64,000 bases of DNA, taken from positions 644 to 64,643 of the forward strand of contig CAYNRR010000008.1 of NCBI GenBank assembly GCA_964400015.1, in the 5' to 3' direction. The translations under genes were made by a program, and so were the position numbers. Position 1 is the stretch's first letter; every line of letters begins with the position of its first letter. The stretch is from an uncultured Eubacteriales bacterium (lineage in GTDB: Bacteria; Bacillota; Clostridia; TANB77; UBA1234). The notes below the pieces were generated by a model. That model saw nothing but the letters and a program-made list of their open reading frames with translations. It had not been told where the DNA came from and ran no database searches. Positions 20,643-31,942 of the stretch are shown in pieces.

Positions 20643-20680
20643 AACCCCTGTTTCAACTCGAAACAGGGGTTTCCCTTTTA
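20643..20680. terminator. Bidirectional intrinsic terminator shared by ORF B (+) and the phosphohexomutase gene (-).
   Basis: AACCCCTGTTTC...GAAACAGGGGTT 12-bp stem flanked by T/A runs. Confidence 0.8.
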
Positions 20681-22057
20681 TATATTTAATTTTTCAATTT
20701 CTTCATTTATGTATTTCTTTATTTGTTCAATTATTTCATTGGCTGCTTCTGGTGTTGTTGATTCTGCCTTTATTGTAAGATTTGGTCCAGTATTTGAATA
20801 TCTTACAAGTCCCCATCCGTGACCTACTATGACTCTAGCACCGTCTACACCTATAACTTTATATCCTTCTGAAATATATCTGTTCTTTACATTTTCAACT
20901 ATTTGAGCTTTGGTGTCGTCTGTAACTTTTACGATAATTTCTGGTGTTCCAGCGTATCTTGGCAATCCCTCTGAAAGCTCTGACATTTTTTTGTCTGTAT
21001 TTGATAAGATTCTTAATAATCTTGCTCCTGCATACATTGCATCATCATAACCATAATGCTCATCATTAAAATATATATGACCAGCATATTCTCCTGCAAA
21101 AATTAAATTTTCTTCTCTTATTTTTGCTTTAATTAAAGAACTTCCTACTTTACAAAATTCAGGTATTCCTCCTAATTTTTCAATTTCTTCATACAATGCT
21201 TGTGTACATTTTACATCAAGAATTCCTTTTGAACCTGGATATTTTGGCATCAAGTCTCTCCAAATTAAAGCCATATATTCATCACCAAATAATATTTTTC
21301 CATTTTCATCAAATGCAATTACTCTATCTGCATCTCCGTCAAATCCTAATCCTATATCACATTTATTATCTACAACAAATTTTTCAAAATCTAGCATATT
21401 TTTTTCTTGTGATGGATCTGGATGATGTATTGGAAAATCTCCATCAGATTCGCAACATACTGGTAAAACTTCGCAACCAAGTTTAGTGAAAATTTCTTTT
21501 GCAAATAGTGAACCTACACCATTTCCACAATCAATAGCCACTTTGAGTTTTCTATCGCCTAACTTCACTTTATTTACAATATAATTTATATATTCTTCTC
21601 TAATATCTTTATGTTCAACAGTTCCCTTTATATCAGATTGTGCAAATTCACCTTTTTCAATAAATTTTCTTAAATCTTGAATTGTTTCACCATATATAGT
21701 ATCAGTTCCTAATGCACATATTTTAAATCCATTGTATTCTTTAGGATTATGGCTGGCTGTAATCATTATTGAAGGTTTTATTCCTAGTAATTCTCTCGCA
21801 AAATAAGACATTGGTGTAACACAAAATCCAATATCTACAATGTTCATACCTGTTTCAAGTATTCCTTCTACAAGACCGTCATGTAAATCTTCATAAGATT
21901 TTCTATTGTCATGTCCTACTATTATTTTTGTTTCTCCCTCGTTTTTCATCCAAGTTGCAAATCCTAATCCTATTTTTCTTGCAACTTCTCTATCAATTTC
22001 ACTAGGATATATTCCTCTTATATCGTATCCTCTAAAAATATTCTTTGGTATTTCCAT
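20678..22057 (-). CDS. Phosphomannomutase/phosphoglucomutase (alpha-D-phosphohexomutase family).
   Basis: Active-site ITASHNPKEYNGFK, metal loop GFDGDADR, sugar-binding GEYAGH. Confidence 0.85.
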   Translation of the reverse strand: MEIPKNIFRGYDIRGIYPSEIDREVARKIGLGFATWMKNEGETKIIVGHDNRKSYEDLHDGLVEGILETGMNIVDIGFCVTPMSYFARELLGIKPSIMITASHNPKEYNGFKICALGTDTIYGETIQDLRKFIEKGEFAQSDIKGTVEHKDIREEYINYIVNKVKLGDRKLKVAIDCGNGVGSLFAKEIFTKLGCEVLPVCCESDGDFPIHHPDPSQEKNMLDFEKFVVDNKCDIGLGFDGDADRVIAFDENGKILFGDEYMALIWRDLMPKYPGSKGILDVKCTQALYEEIEKLGGIPEFCKVGSSLIKAKIREENLIFAGEYAGHIYFNDEHYGYDDAMYAGARLLRILSNTDKKMSELSEGLPRYAGTPEIIVKVTDDTKAQIVENVKNRYISEGYKVIGVDGARVIVGHGWGLVRYSNTGPNLTIKAESTTPEAANEIIEQIKKYINEEIEKLNI

Positions 22058-22210
22058 AACTTTTTTTTGCTTCGCACAAAATGCAAAGCTCTCCTTTCTT
22101 TGCTTATCGTAAAATAAAAGTCATCTAAAATCTAGCCGTGTATGAAATAATACATATTAGCAAATTTTAAATGACTTTATTTCTTTTCACTTTATATTTA
22201 AATTTAATAA

Positions 22211-24154
<1,944 letters not shown>

Positions 24155-24172
24155 CTAATATATTGCTAAATT

Positions 24173-24439
24173 TTAAATATTTTTTTCACCAGGGAAAAAA
24201 GTATAAACATTTGTACTAAGTCTTTTTCTTAAAGTTGAAACAGCAATATTAGTAAAAATTCTTTCTTCTTTATCCCCTTTTTGAACTATTATAACTGATT
24301 GATCTGCAGGATTATTACGTGACTTCATTTCGTTTATTATTCTTAAATTTTGTCTACTCTCGCAAATTTTAGCTAAATCTAAAATTGCAATAATGTCATC
24401 TCTATTCAAAATTTCATCATTTCCAATATGAACGTACAT
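24173..24439 (-). CDS. remB: DUF370 protein (RemB/YaaB-like) between recF and gyrB.
   Basis: 88-aa protein in the conserved Firmicutes position. Confidence 0.55.
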   Translation of the reverse strand: MYVHIGNDEILNRDDIIAILDLAKICESRQNLRIINEMKSRNNPADQSVIIVQKGDKEERIFTNIAVSTLRKRLSTNVYTFFPGEKNI

Positions 24440-24467
24440 AAACCTACCTCAAAAATCAAATTAGCAA

Positions 24468-25540
24468 TTACGTTTCCAAATTACCATCAATTATTTTATA
24501 CAATTTTATATTTTTTGTCAAACCTTCTAAATTTCTTACAATATTGGCATCCGTACAGGTTATTAACACTTGATAGCCACTAATTTTATCAAAAATTAAG
24601 CTAATTCTTTCAAGATCTAATTCTGATGTAATATCATCTAAAAGCAAAATTGGTTTTTCTCCAACTTCCTCTTTTATGATTTCCATCTCAGCAAATTTAA
24701 GTGCTAAAACTGCAGTACGATGCTGGCCTTGAGAACCATATAAATTAAGTTCACGCTCATTAACAAAAAGTTCAAAATCATCTCTATGAATTCCAACACT
24801 AGTGAAACCTCTTATCGAATCAATCTTAAAATTTCTTTTTAGATGTTCGATAAAATCTTTTTTAACATTAAATTGAGTTTTGTATTTAATTGTTAACATT
24901 TCTTTATCATTTGTTAAATTCGGAGATATTTTTTTTATATTTTGTGAAATCTTATCTATATATTCTTTTCTATATTCATAAATTTTTTCTGCATAAGTTG
25001 CAAGCTGTTCATCCCAAATATCGATGCCATCGTGCTTTTGAGATTTTAAAATTGCATTTCTATTATCTAAAATTTTGTTGTACTCACTTAATATATGAGC
25101 ATACCTTGGTCTAAGTTGACTAATTAAAATATCTAAAAATTTTCTTCTAGAAGCTGGTGATTCTTTTAGAATTATACTGTCATCTGGCGAAAAAATAACC
25201 AAATTCATATTTCCTAAAAGCTCACTGTTTTTATTTATTTTAATTCCATTAACTTTAATCTGCTTTTTTGTTTTTTTTCCAATAACAATTTCAATTTTTT
25301 TATCTCTATCTGATTTATTAAACTCGACAACAATTTTAGAATTTTCTGCGTCGAAATTTATAAGCTCTGCATCTTTATGTGTTCTAAAAGATCTTCCTAA
25401 AGCACAAAAGTACAGAGCTTCTAATATGTTCGTTTTTCCTTGAGCATTATTTCCATAAAAAACGTTTATATTGTCTTCTAACTTAATCTCTTGTGCTTTA
25501 TAATTTCTAAAGTTTTCTAAATATATACTTTTTACAATCA
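24468..25540 (-). CDS. recF: DNA replication and repair protein RecF.
   Basis: MIVKSIYLENFRNY, Walker A GNNAQGKTN, signature and Walker B LLLDDITSELD. The table start is extended; the real ATG is at 25540. Confidence 0.9.
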
Positions 25541-25620
25541 TATGTACCTCATTTTCAAAATAGAAAACATTTAACACTTTTCTATTTTTGAAAGTGGATA
25601 AACTAACATATCCACATCGT

Positions 25621-26739
25621 TTATTCTTTCAATCTTACTGGCAATACCATGTATGTATATTTATTATCAACAATAGGTCTGATAATACATGGAGAAATGC
25701 TACTTCCAAAATCTAAATAAACTTCATCATCTTCAATAACTTTCAAAGCATCTAATAAATATTTATGATTAAATCCAATTTCAAGTTCTTTACCAGTAGT
25801 TTCAACTAAAACTTCTTCTTTAGCATCTCCAACTTGCGATGTACAAGAAATAATAACACTACCAAGACTTACAAACATCTTAATAGGATATTTCTTTTCT
25901 TTTTCTGCAGATGAACTAGAGAAAATTGCAGCTCTTTCTATTGCATTTTGAAGAGCAACTTTGTTAACTTTTATTCTTGTTTCTCTCTCAGCAGGAATTA
26001 CACTATTATAATTTAAGAATTCTCCTTCTAATAATCTAGAAACAATTTTACAATTTTTTAGTTCAAATAAAGCTTGATTTTTAGAAATTCCAATTTCTAT
26101 AATTTCATCTATATCTTGTAAATTCTTAACAATTTCATTTAAATATTTACCAGGAACAATTGCATTGAATTTTTCAATACCAGGACCCATAGGTAATTTT
26201 CTTAAAGCTAATCTGTAACCATCTACAGCAACTACATTTAGTTCATCATCTTTAACCTCTATTAAACATCCTGTAAAAATAGGTCTATTCTCTTCAACGC
26301 TAACAGCAAATATTGTTTTCTTAATCATTTCCTTTAAAGCACCTTGAGAAAGAGATATTTTCTTTTCAACATCAATTTGTGGTAAAACAGGAAATTCATC
26401 TGCATTCATTGTAGAAAGTTTGTATACAGAACCTTCACATTCTATTACAAGTAAATTTTTATCGTTTATAAAGAATGTAATTCTTTCATTAGGAAGTTTT
26501 CTTATAATTTCACCAAACATTTTACAATCAATTACAGCTTTTCCTTCTTCTATTGTTTCAACATCTTCTAATGTATATTCCATTCCTATATCTAAATCGT
26601 TAGTTGTAAGAATTACTACATTCTTTTTAACATTTATAAATATTCCTTCTAAGATTGGTGTAGTTGTTCTTCCTACGGAAGTACGACTTACAGAGTTTAA
26701 ACCAATCAATAATTTGTCTTTTTCGCATATAAATTTCAT
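25621..26739 (-). CDS. dnaN: DNA polymerase III beta sliding clamp.
   Basis: MKFICEKDKLL..., three-domain clamp, about 370 aa, downstream of dnaA. Confidence 0.95.
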   Translation of the reverse strand: MKFICEKDKLLIGLNSVSRTSVGRTTTPILEGIFINVKKNVVILTTNDLDIGMEYTLEDVETIEEGKAVIDCKMFGEIIRKLPNERITFFINDKNLLVIECEGSVYKLSTMNADEFPVLPQIDVEKKISLSQGALKEMIKKTIFAVSVEENRPIFTGCLIEVKDDELNVVAVDGYRLALRKLPMGPGIEKFNAIVPGKYLNEIVKNLQDIDEIIEIGISKNQALFELKNCKIVSRLLEGEFLNYNSVIPAERETRIKVNKVALQNAIERAAIFSSSSAEKEKKYPIKMFVSLGSVIISCTSQVGDAKEEVLVETTGKELEIGFNHKYLLDALKVIEDDEVYLDFGSSISPCIIRPIVDNKYTYMVLPVRLKE

Positions 26740-27230
26740 AATTAAAACCTCGTCTTTCTTTAACTCATTCTTTTCTATATAAATTTAAATATCTTTAGTA
26801 AAAATAAATAAAATTTTATATAAGTAAAAATTAAAAAGTATCGTTTATAAAAAATCCTTTTTATAAATATAATATAAATAATAATAATTAGTAGTAGTAG
26901 TAGTAGTGTATGTTAGTAATGTGGATAAGTGGTCAAAATCGTTGTGCCGTAAGGTCGAAGCTATGTGGATAACGTGTGGAAATTCAACAACAATAATCCA
27001 CAGTAACTAACAACATTTTGTGGAAAACGATTTATTAACAGGTTACTGACATACTTTTAACAATTGAATGTTAATATCTCTTAAGATTGTTTAACCTCTA
27101 AGATTCGACTTTGTTTTACAAAAAATTCTAAATTGATTAAACTATTGAAAAATAAATAAACAAAGTTATTAACATCATTCCACAAAATGTGGATAACTAC
27201 TTCCGTAGGGTTTGCACTTGTTAACACTAT
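26740..27230. promoter_or_regulatory. oriC part 1 (dnaA-dnaN spacer) with a DnaA-box cluster and a (TAG)6 microsatellite.
   Basis: Perfect TGTGGATAA boxes at 26920, 26965 and 27189. Near-boxes at 26975, 26994 (TAATCCACA) and 27022. TAG x6 at 26889-26906. Confidence 0.8.
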
Positions 27231-28586
27231 CTAATTTATAATCATTTTTCTTATATTATCAACTATTGTTCTAGTATTAGGATCAGTTTTTATAATTGAC
27301 TCGATTTTGTTAATTGCATAAATAACGGTTGTATGATCTCTACCACCGAATGACTTCCCTATTTCAACTAAAGGTTGACCTGTTAATTGTTTAGACAAGT
27401 ACATTGCTATTTGTCTTGGAAATGCAATATCTCCAGAACGTCTTTGTACTTTGAAGTCAGCTTTATCTATATTATAGTATTTTGCAACAACGCTTTGTAT
27501 ATAATCAACTGTTATCACTTTTTCTTTAGAATGTTGCAAATCTCCAAGTGCTCTTTCTGCAAGTGACATTGTTATAGGCATATTAGTAAGTGATGCCATT
27601 GCAACAATCTTATTTAAAGTACCTTCCAATTCACGAATGTTAGACTCAACTTTATTGGCTATAAGTGAAAGAATCTCTTCATCAATTATAATTTTGTCCG
27701 ATTCAATCTTTTTTCTAAGAATTGCGTATCTCGTTTCATAATCTGGTTTACTAAGATCAGTAATTAGTCCCCATTCAAAACGTGAACGAAGTCTTTCTTC
27801 CAATGGATTAAGATCTTTAGGTGGTCTATCACTAGAAATAACAATTTGTTTATTATTTTCATAAAGTTCATTAAAAGTATGGAAAAATTCTTCTTGGCTT
27901 CTCTCTTTTCCACTTATAAATTGAATATCATCTACTAATAATAAATCTATATTTCTATATTTAGCTCTAAAATCTTCATTTTTATTAGATTGAATAGAAA
28001 AAACTAGTTCATTTGTAAATTTTTCACCGGTTATATAAAGTACTCTAGCACTTCTATTTTGCGATAATACATAATTCCCAACAGCTTGCATCAAATGAGT
28101 TTTTCCAAGTCCCACTCCTCCATATAGAAAAAGTGGATTATATGCTTTACCTGGATTTTCAGCAGTTGCAAGTGCTGCAGCGTGCGCAAGTTCATTACTT
28201 TTACCTATAACGAAAGAATCAAAAGTGTACTTTGGATTTAAGACACCATTGTTTGCTGCTTTACCAGTTTGACTTTGAGTTATAGGTAAACTTGTTATAT
28301 TTTCTTCTTCATTTTCTTTTTCTTTGGCAAGTTCTTCTTCACAAATAATTTCTATATTTAAATCTTTTTCTGTAACAAGCAATAAAGCTTCTTTTAATAA
28401 ATCTGCACAATACTGTTCCATAATCTTATTTTTTTGATAAAGTGTCTGAACTTTCAGACAAACGTTCGTATCTGTGAGAGAAATTATTTCAATAGGCTTG
28501 ATTGTTGTATTGTATCTTAGTGGTGTTATTTCCTCGCGTATAAGCTCTTTAGCCCTAGCCAATACGTCATTCATCTCTTCTTGCAT
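27231..28586 (-). CDS. dnaA: Chromosomal replication initiator DnaA.
   Basis: AAA+ Walker A GGVGLGKTHL, box VII, C-terminal HTH domain. 451 aa. Confidence 0.95.
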   Translation of the reverse strand: MQEEMNDVLARAKELIREEITPLRYNTTIKPIEIISLTDTNVCLKVQTLYQKNKIMEQYCADLLKEALLLVTEKDLNIEIICEEELAKEKENEEENITSLPITQSQTGKAANNGVLNPKYTFDSFVIGKSNELAHAAALATAENPGKAYNPLFLYGGVGLGKTHLMQAVGNYVLSQNRSARVLYITGEKFTNELVFSIQSNKNEDFRAKYRNIDLLLVDDIQFISGKERSQEEFFHTFNELYENNKQIVISSDRPPKDLNPLEERLRSRFEWGLITDLSKPDYETRYAILRKKIESDKIIIDEEILSLIANKVESNIRELEGTLNKIVAMASLTNMPITMSLAERALGDLQHSKEKVITVDYIQSVVAKYYNIDKADFKVQRRSGDIAFPRQIAMYLSKQLTGQPLVEIGKSFGGRDHTTVIYAINKIESIIKTDPNTRTIVDNIRKMIIN

Positions 28587-29250
28587 ACCTGCCTCCTAAC
28601 AAAATTTACAAAGTTACTAACATTTTATTCACAAATGTTAATAATTTTGTGGATAACTCTTAAAAATATCTTCAAAGTGGCTATTTCCCCAACAAAAAGA
28701 ATGTTAGTAACTACTAATGATTTAAAAGTGTTGATAACAGTAGCTTTTTTAAAAAAAGCTTGTTTTTAACATAAAAATAATGCGAACATACATTTGAAAG
28801 CTTATATTATTTTTATGTTTACAACACATAATTTTAATTATGTGAATATACTTTACAAATACTGATATATCAATAATTTTCAGAGTTATCCACATTATAT
28901 ATGTTTGTTAAAATAAAAGCAAGAATTTATATAAAAAAACCCAAACGACTATTTCCGTAAACGTTCTTAATGTAAATAATGAATTAACATAAAAAAGATA
29001 ATTACTTATTATTTATTTATATAGATACCCTTTTAAGAGTCTATGTGTAAATTATGTTTTCTTTTTGGTGATAAAATTCAATAAAATCTTTTAAAATCGA
29101 TTTTTAGCCTTAAATATTAAAATATGTGAAATGTATTGAACCAAAACTAAAAAATGCAAATATGACGATCCTCGTGCTTCAAAATTAAATCTAAATTGAT
29201 AATAGACAAAAAAGATAAAAATATTAGTCGTAATATTTATAATAAAATAG
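28587..29250. promoter_or_regulatory. oriC part 2 (dnaA upstream): DnaA boxes plus an AT-rich unwinding region.
   Basis: Perfect boxes TGTGGATAA at 28648-28656 and TTATCCACA at 28886-28894. A strongly AT-rich stretch from 28700 to 29250. Confidence 0.7.
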
Positions 29251-29280
29251 TTGACAAAAATACAGTTCATATTGTAAAAT
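29251..29280 (+). promoter_or_regulatory. Putative rpmH promoter TTGACA-18-TAAAAT.
   Basis: TTGACA 29251-29256, TAAAAT 29275-29280. Confidence 0.45.
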
Positions 29281-29357
29281 ATCAACTGCTATAAGTCTTG
29301 AGGGTATTATTAAATAATACTAAAATAGATAAATCAAAATATCGGAGGTGCAATAAC

Positions 29358-29492
29358 ATGAAAAGAACATTCCAACCAAAAAATAGACAAGAAAAAAGAG
29401 AACATGGTTTTAGAGCAAGAATGAAAACAGCTAACGGTAGAAAAGTATTAAAAAGAAGAATGTTAAAAGGTAGAAAGAAACTTTCTGCATAA
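29358..29492 (+). CDS. rpmH: 50S ribosomal protein L34.
   Basis: [42 protein letters not shown]. The table start is an upstream extension. Confidence 0.95.
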   Translation: MKRTFQPKNRQEKREHGFRARMKTANGRKVLKRRMLKGRKKLSA

Positions 29493-29564
29493 TTTTAACC
29501 ATGTATAGTCGGGCCCCAAGAGGGCCTTTTTACTTATCTAGAAAGAAATTGGGAGGTGACGCCT

Positions 29565-29903
29565 GTGAATATAATAAAGGAAAATTCTGAATTTCAAAAA
29601 GTACTTAAATCTGGAAAATGGTTTAGTTCTGAATGTTTAGTTATATATGTAAGTGAAAACGAAAAAGATGAAAATAGAGTAGGCGTTGCAGTAGGGAAAA
29701 AGGCAGGAAAAAGCGTTGTTAGGAATCGAATTAAACGTCTAATTAGGGAAGCATATAGATTAAACGAGGAAAAATTAGAAAAAAGTTTTGATATAATTAT
29801 TCTTTGGAGAAGCAGCACTAGTATAGATAATACAAATTTTGATAATGTACAAAAAAGTCTTTTAAAATGCCTTGGTAAAGCAAATTTAATTAAAAAGGCA
29901 TAG
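29565..29903 (+). CDS. rnpA: RNase P protein component.
   Basis: KKAGKSVVRNRIKRLIREAYR RNR motif. GTG start 11 nt after GGGAGGT (the 29556 GTG is too close to the SD). A small GC hairpin plus T-run attenuator at 29510-29527. Confidence 0.85.
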   Translation: MNIIKENSEFQKVLKSGKWFSSECLVIYVSENEKDENRVGVAVGKKAGKSVVRNRIKRLIREAYRLNEEKLEKSFDIIILWRSSTSIDNTNFDNVQKSLLKCLGKANLIKKA

Positions 29904-29915
29904 AGGAGGATTATT

Positions 29916-31019
29916 ATGTTGAATTTTGTTGCAGGACTTTGTGGATATCTAATGAGTTTTATATGTTCAATAGTTGAAAATTATGGAATAGCAATTATTG
30001 TTTTTACAGTTTTAGTAAAAGCACTTTTAATACCATTGTCACACAAACAACAAAAATCATTAGAAAAAGCACAAAAAATGCAAACTATAATGCAAGAATT
30101 GCAAAAAAAGTATGCAAATGATCAAGAAAGATTTATGATTGAATATCAAAAAGCTCTTAAAGAAAATGATATGTCAATGCTTACAGGGATGGGCTGTTCA
30201 GGTTGTTTGATAAATTTGATACAGTTACCAATTTTATTAGGTATGTTTTATATGATGGTAAGTCCACTTACACATATCATGAAAATGGACCAAGATGAGA
30301 TATTAAAATATAAGAATGAAATAATTGCAAATAGAAAGCAAGAGGCAATTGAAGAAGTTTATGAAATAAGTGGTGATATTCTAACAGAAGAAGAGCTAAA
30401 TCTTGCGATAGCTGAAATAGAAAGTGGAGATGATTCACTATATATCGATCCAAGATATTATGAAATAGATATTATCAAAGAAAATAATCTTATGAATTTA
30501 GAATTCTTCTCAATAAATTTAGGAGATGTAGCATCTAAAAACAAAGACAATAAATTATTGCTAGTAATTCCAGTATTATCAATGATTTTCACTTATATTT
30601 CGTTGGCAATAAATAATATAATTAACAAGAAAAAGGGAATTGTTCAACCAAAACCAGAAGATATGGAAATTCCAATGCCAGATATGAGAGTTGTAAATAT
30701 AATGATGCCACTAATGCTTGGATATGTTGCGTATTCTATACCACAAGGTGTTGGTTTGTATTGGGCTTTAAGTAATTTTATTGGTGTTGTTCAAACTGTA
30801 TTTCAAAGAATCGTATTTGACCCAGAAATAAGAAATGGTCAAGTTTTAAAACTAGAAAGCAAAGAAATTATTGAAGTAAAACCAATAGAGGCAGAAACAG
30901 AAGTATTAGAAGAAACTCAAAAGGCAGAAGAAGTAAAAAAAGTAAAGAAAAATAATCAAAAACAAAACCAAAACAATAAGTCTAAAAAGAATAAAAATAA
31001 AAGCAAAAAGAAAAAATAG
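29916..31019 (+). CDS. yidC: YidC/Oxa1-family membrane insertase with a Lys-rich C-terminal tail.
   Basis: GIAIIVFTVLVKALLIPL...QKSLEKAQKMQ...GCLINLIQLPILLGMF conserved insertase core. Confidence 0.85.
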   Translation: MLNFVAGLCGYLMSFICSIVENYGIAIIVFTVLVKALLIPLSHKQQKSLEKAQKMQTIMQELQKKYANDQERFMIEYQKALKENDMSMLTGMGCSGCLINLIQLPILLGMFYMMVSPLTHIMKMDQDEILKYKNEIIANRKQEAIEEVYEISGDILTEEELNLAIAEIESGDDSLYIDPRYYEIDIIKENNLMNLEFFSINLGDVASKNKDNKLLLVIPVLSMIFTYISLAINNIINKKKGIVQPKPEDMEIPMPDMRVVNIMMPLMLGYVAYSIPQGVGLYWALSNFIGVVQTVFQRIVFDPEIRNGQVLKLESKEIIEVKPIEAETEVLEETQKAEEVKKVKKNNQKQNQNNKSKKNKNKSKKKK

Positions 31020-31118
31020 TTGAAATCTTTTATAAATCATATAAAATAAGTCGTAGATTGATAATATATGGAACATCATAAAATATGGTGTTCCATTAAA
31101 AATAAAGGAGGTTTTTAA

Positions 31119-31817
31119 ATGGCTAAAGTTGCTGAAGGTATTGGGAAAAACTTTGATGATGCAGTTATAGATGCATTAAATAAAATCGGATTAACAAAAG
31201 AGCAAGTTTCTGTTGAAATTATCGAAGAACCTAAAAAAAGAATTTTTAGTATTTTAGATCCAAAGCAAGTAAAAGTTAGAGTTACAGAGATCGAACAAAC
31301 TGCTGAAAAAGTTGAGCAAAAGTCAGTAGAAAGAAAAAGAGAAATTAAGGAATTTACAGAAGAAGATGCTAATATTGTAAAAGAAAGAGTAATTAAATTC
31401 CTAAACGATTATTTTTCAAAATTGGGATTAACACTAGATATAAAAAGTTATGTTGAAGATAATATGTTAAAATTTGATGTGACTGGTGAAAATGCTGGTA
31501 TTGTAATAGGATACAGAGGCGAAACAATGGAAGCTTTACAAATGATAGCAGCTACAATAGGAAATAAAAATGTTAAAAATTATGTTAGAATAATAATAGA
31601 TATCGAAGGATATAGAAAAAAGAGAATTAAAGCATTAGAAGAATTAGCTTTAAAGAAAGCCAATATAGTTGTAGCAAAGAAAAAGAGCATTCCTTTGGAA
31701 CCAATGAATCCATTTGAAAGAAAAGCAATACACAACGCACTTCAAAATCATCCAAAGGTAAAAACAGCAAGTACAGGAGAAGAACCTTATAGAAAAGTAA
31801 TAATTTCATTAAAATAA
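31119..31817 (+). CDS. khpB: RNA-binding protein Jag/KhpB (KH + R3H).
   Basis: Jag N-domain, KH-like IIGYRGETMEAL, R3H MNPFERKAIHNAL. Confidence 0.85.
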   Translation: MAKVAEGIGKNFDDAVIDALNKIGLTKEQVSVEIIEEPKKRIFSILDPKQVKVRVTEIEQTAEKVEQKSVERKREIKEFTEEDANIVKERVIKFLNDYFSKLGLTLDIKSYVEDNMLKFDVTGENAGIVIGYRGETMEALQMIAATIGNKNVKNYVRIIIDIEGYRKKRIKALEELALKKANIVVAKKKSIPLEPMNPFERKAIHNALQNHPKVKTASTGEEPYRKVIISLK

Positions 31818-31827
31818 GAAAAATACG

Positions 31828-31859
31828 CTACTTGAGAGCAATCTCAAGTAGTTTTTTTA
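31828..31859 (+). terminator. Intrinsic terminator after jag.
   Basis: CTACTTGAGA...TCTCAAGTAG then a T-run. Confidence 0.7.
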
Positions 31860-31942
31860 TTATAGAACTAAAATTATGTAAATGGTTGAAAAAAAAGGTA
31901 AAAAATAGTATAATATTGTGAGTTTTTAAGAGAGGTGAAAAA

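Noticed and set aside
26889-26906. TAG x6 as the stop-codon-rich end of a gene.
   Set aside because: It lies in the intergenic oriC and is a simple trinucleotide microsatellite.
29091-29285. 64-aa ORF on the minus strand in the dnaA-rpmH spacer.
   Set aside because: It lies inside the AT-rich oriC/DUE and the rpmH promoter. It has Ile/Phe/Asn-only low-complexity composition and no SD.
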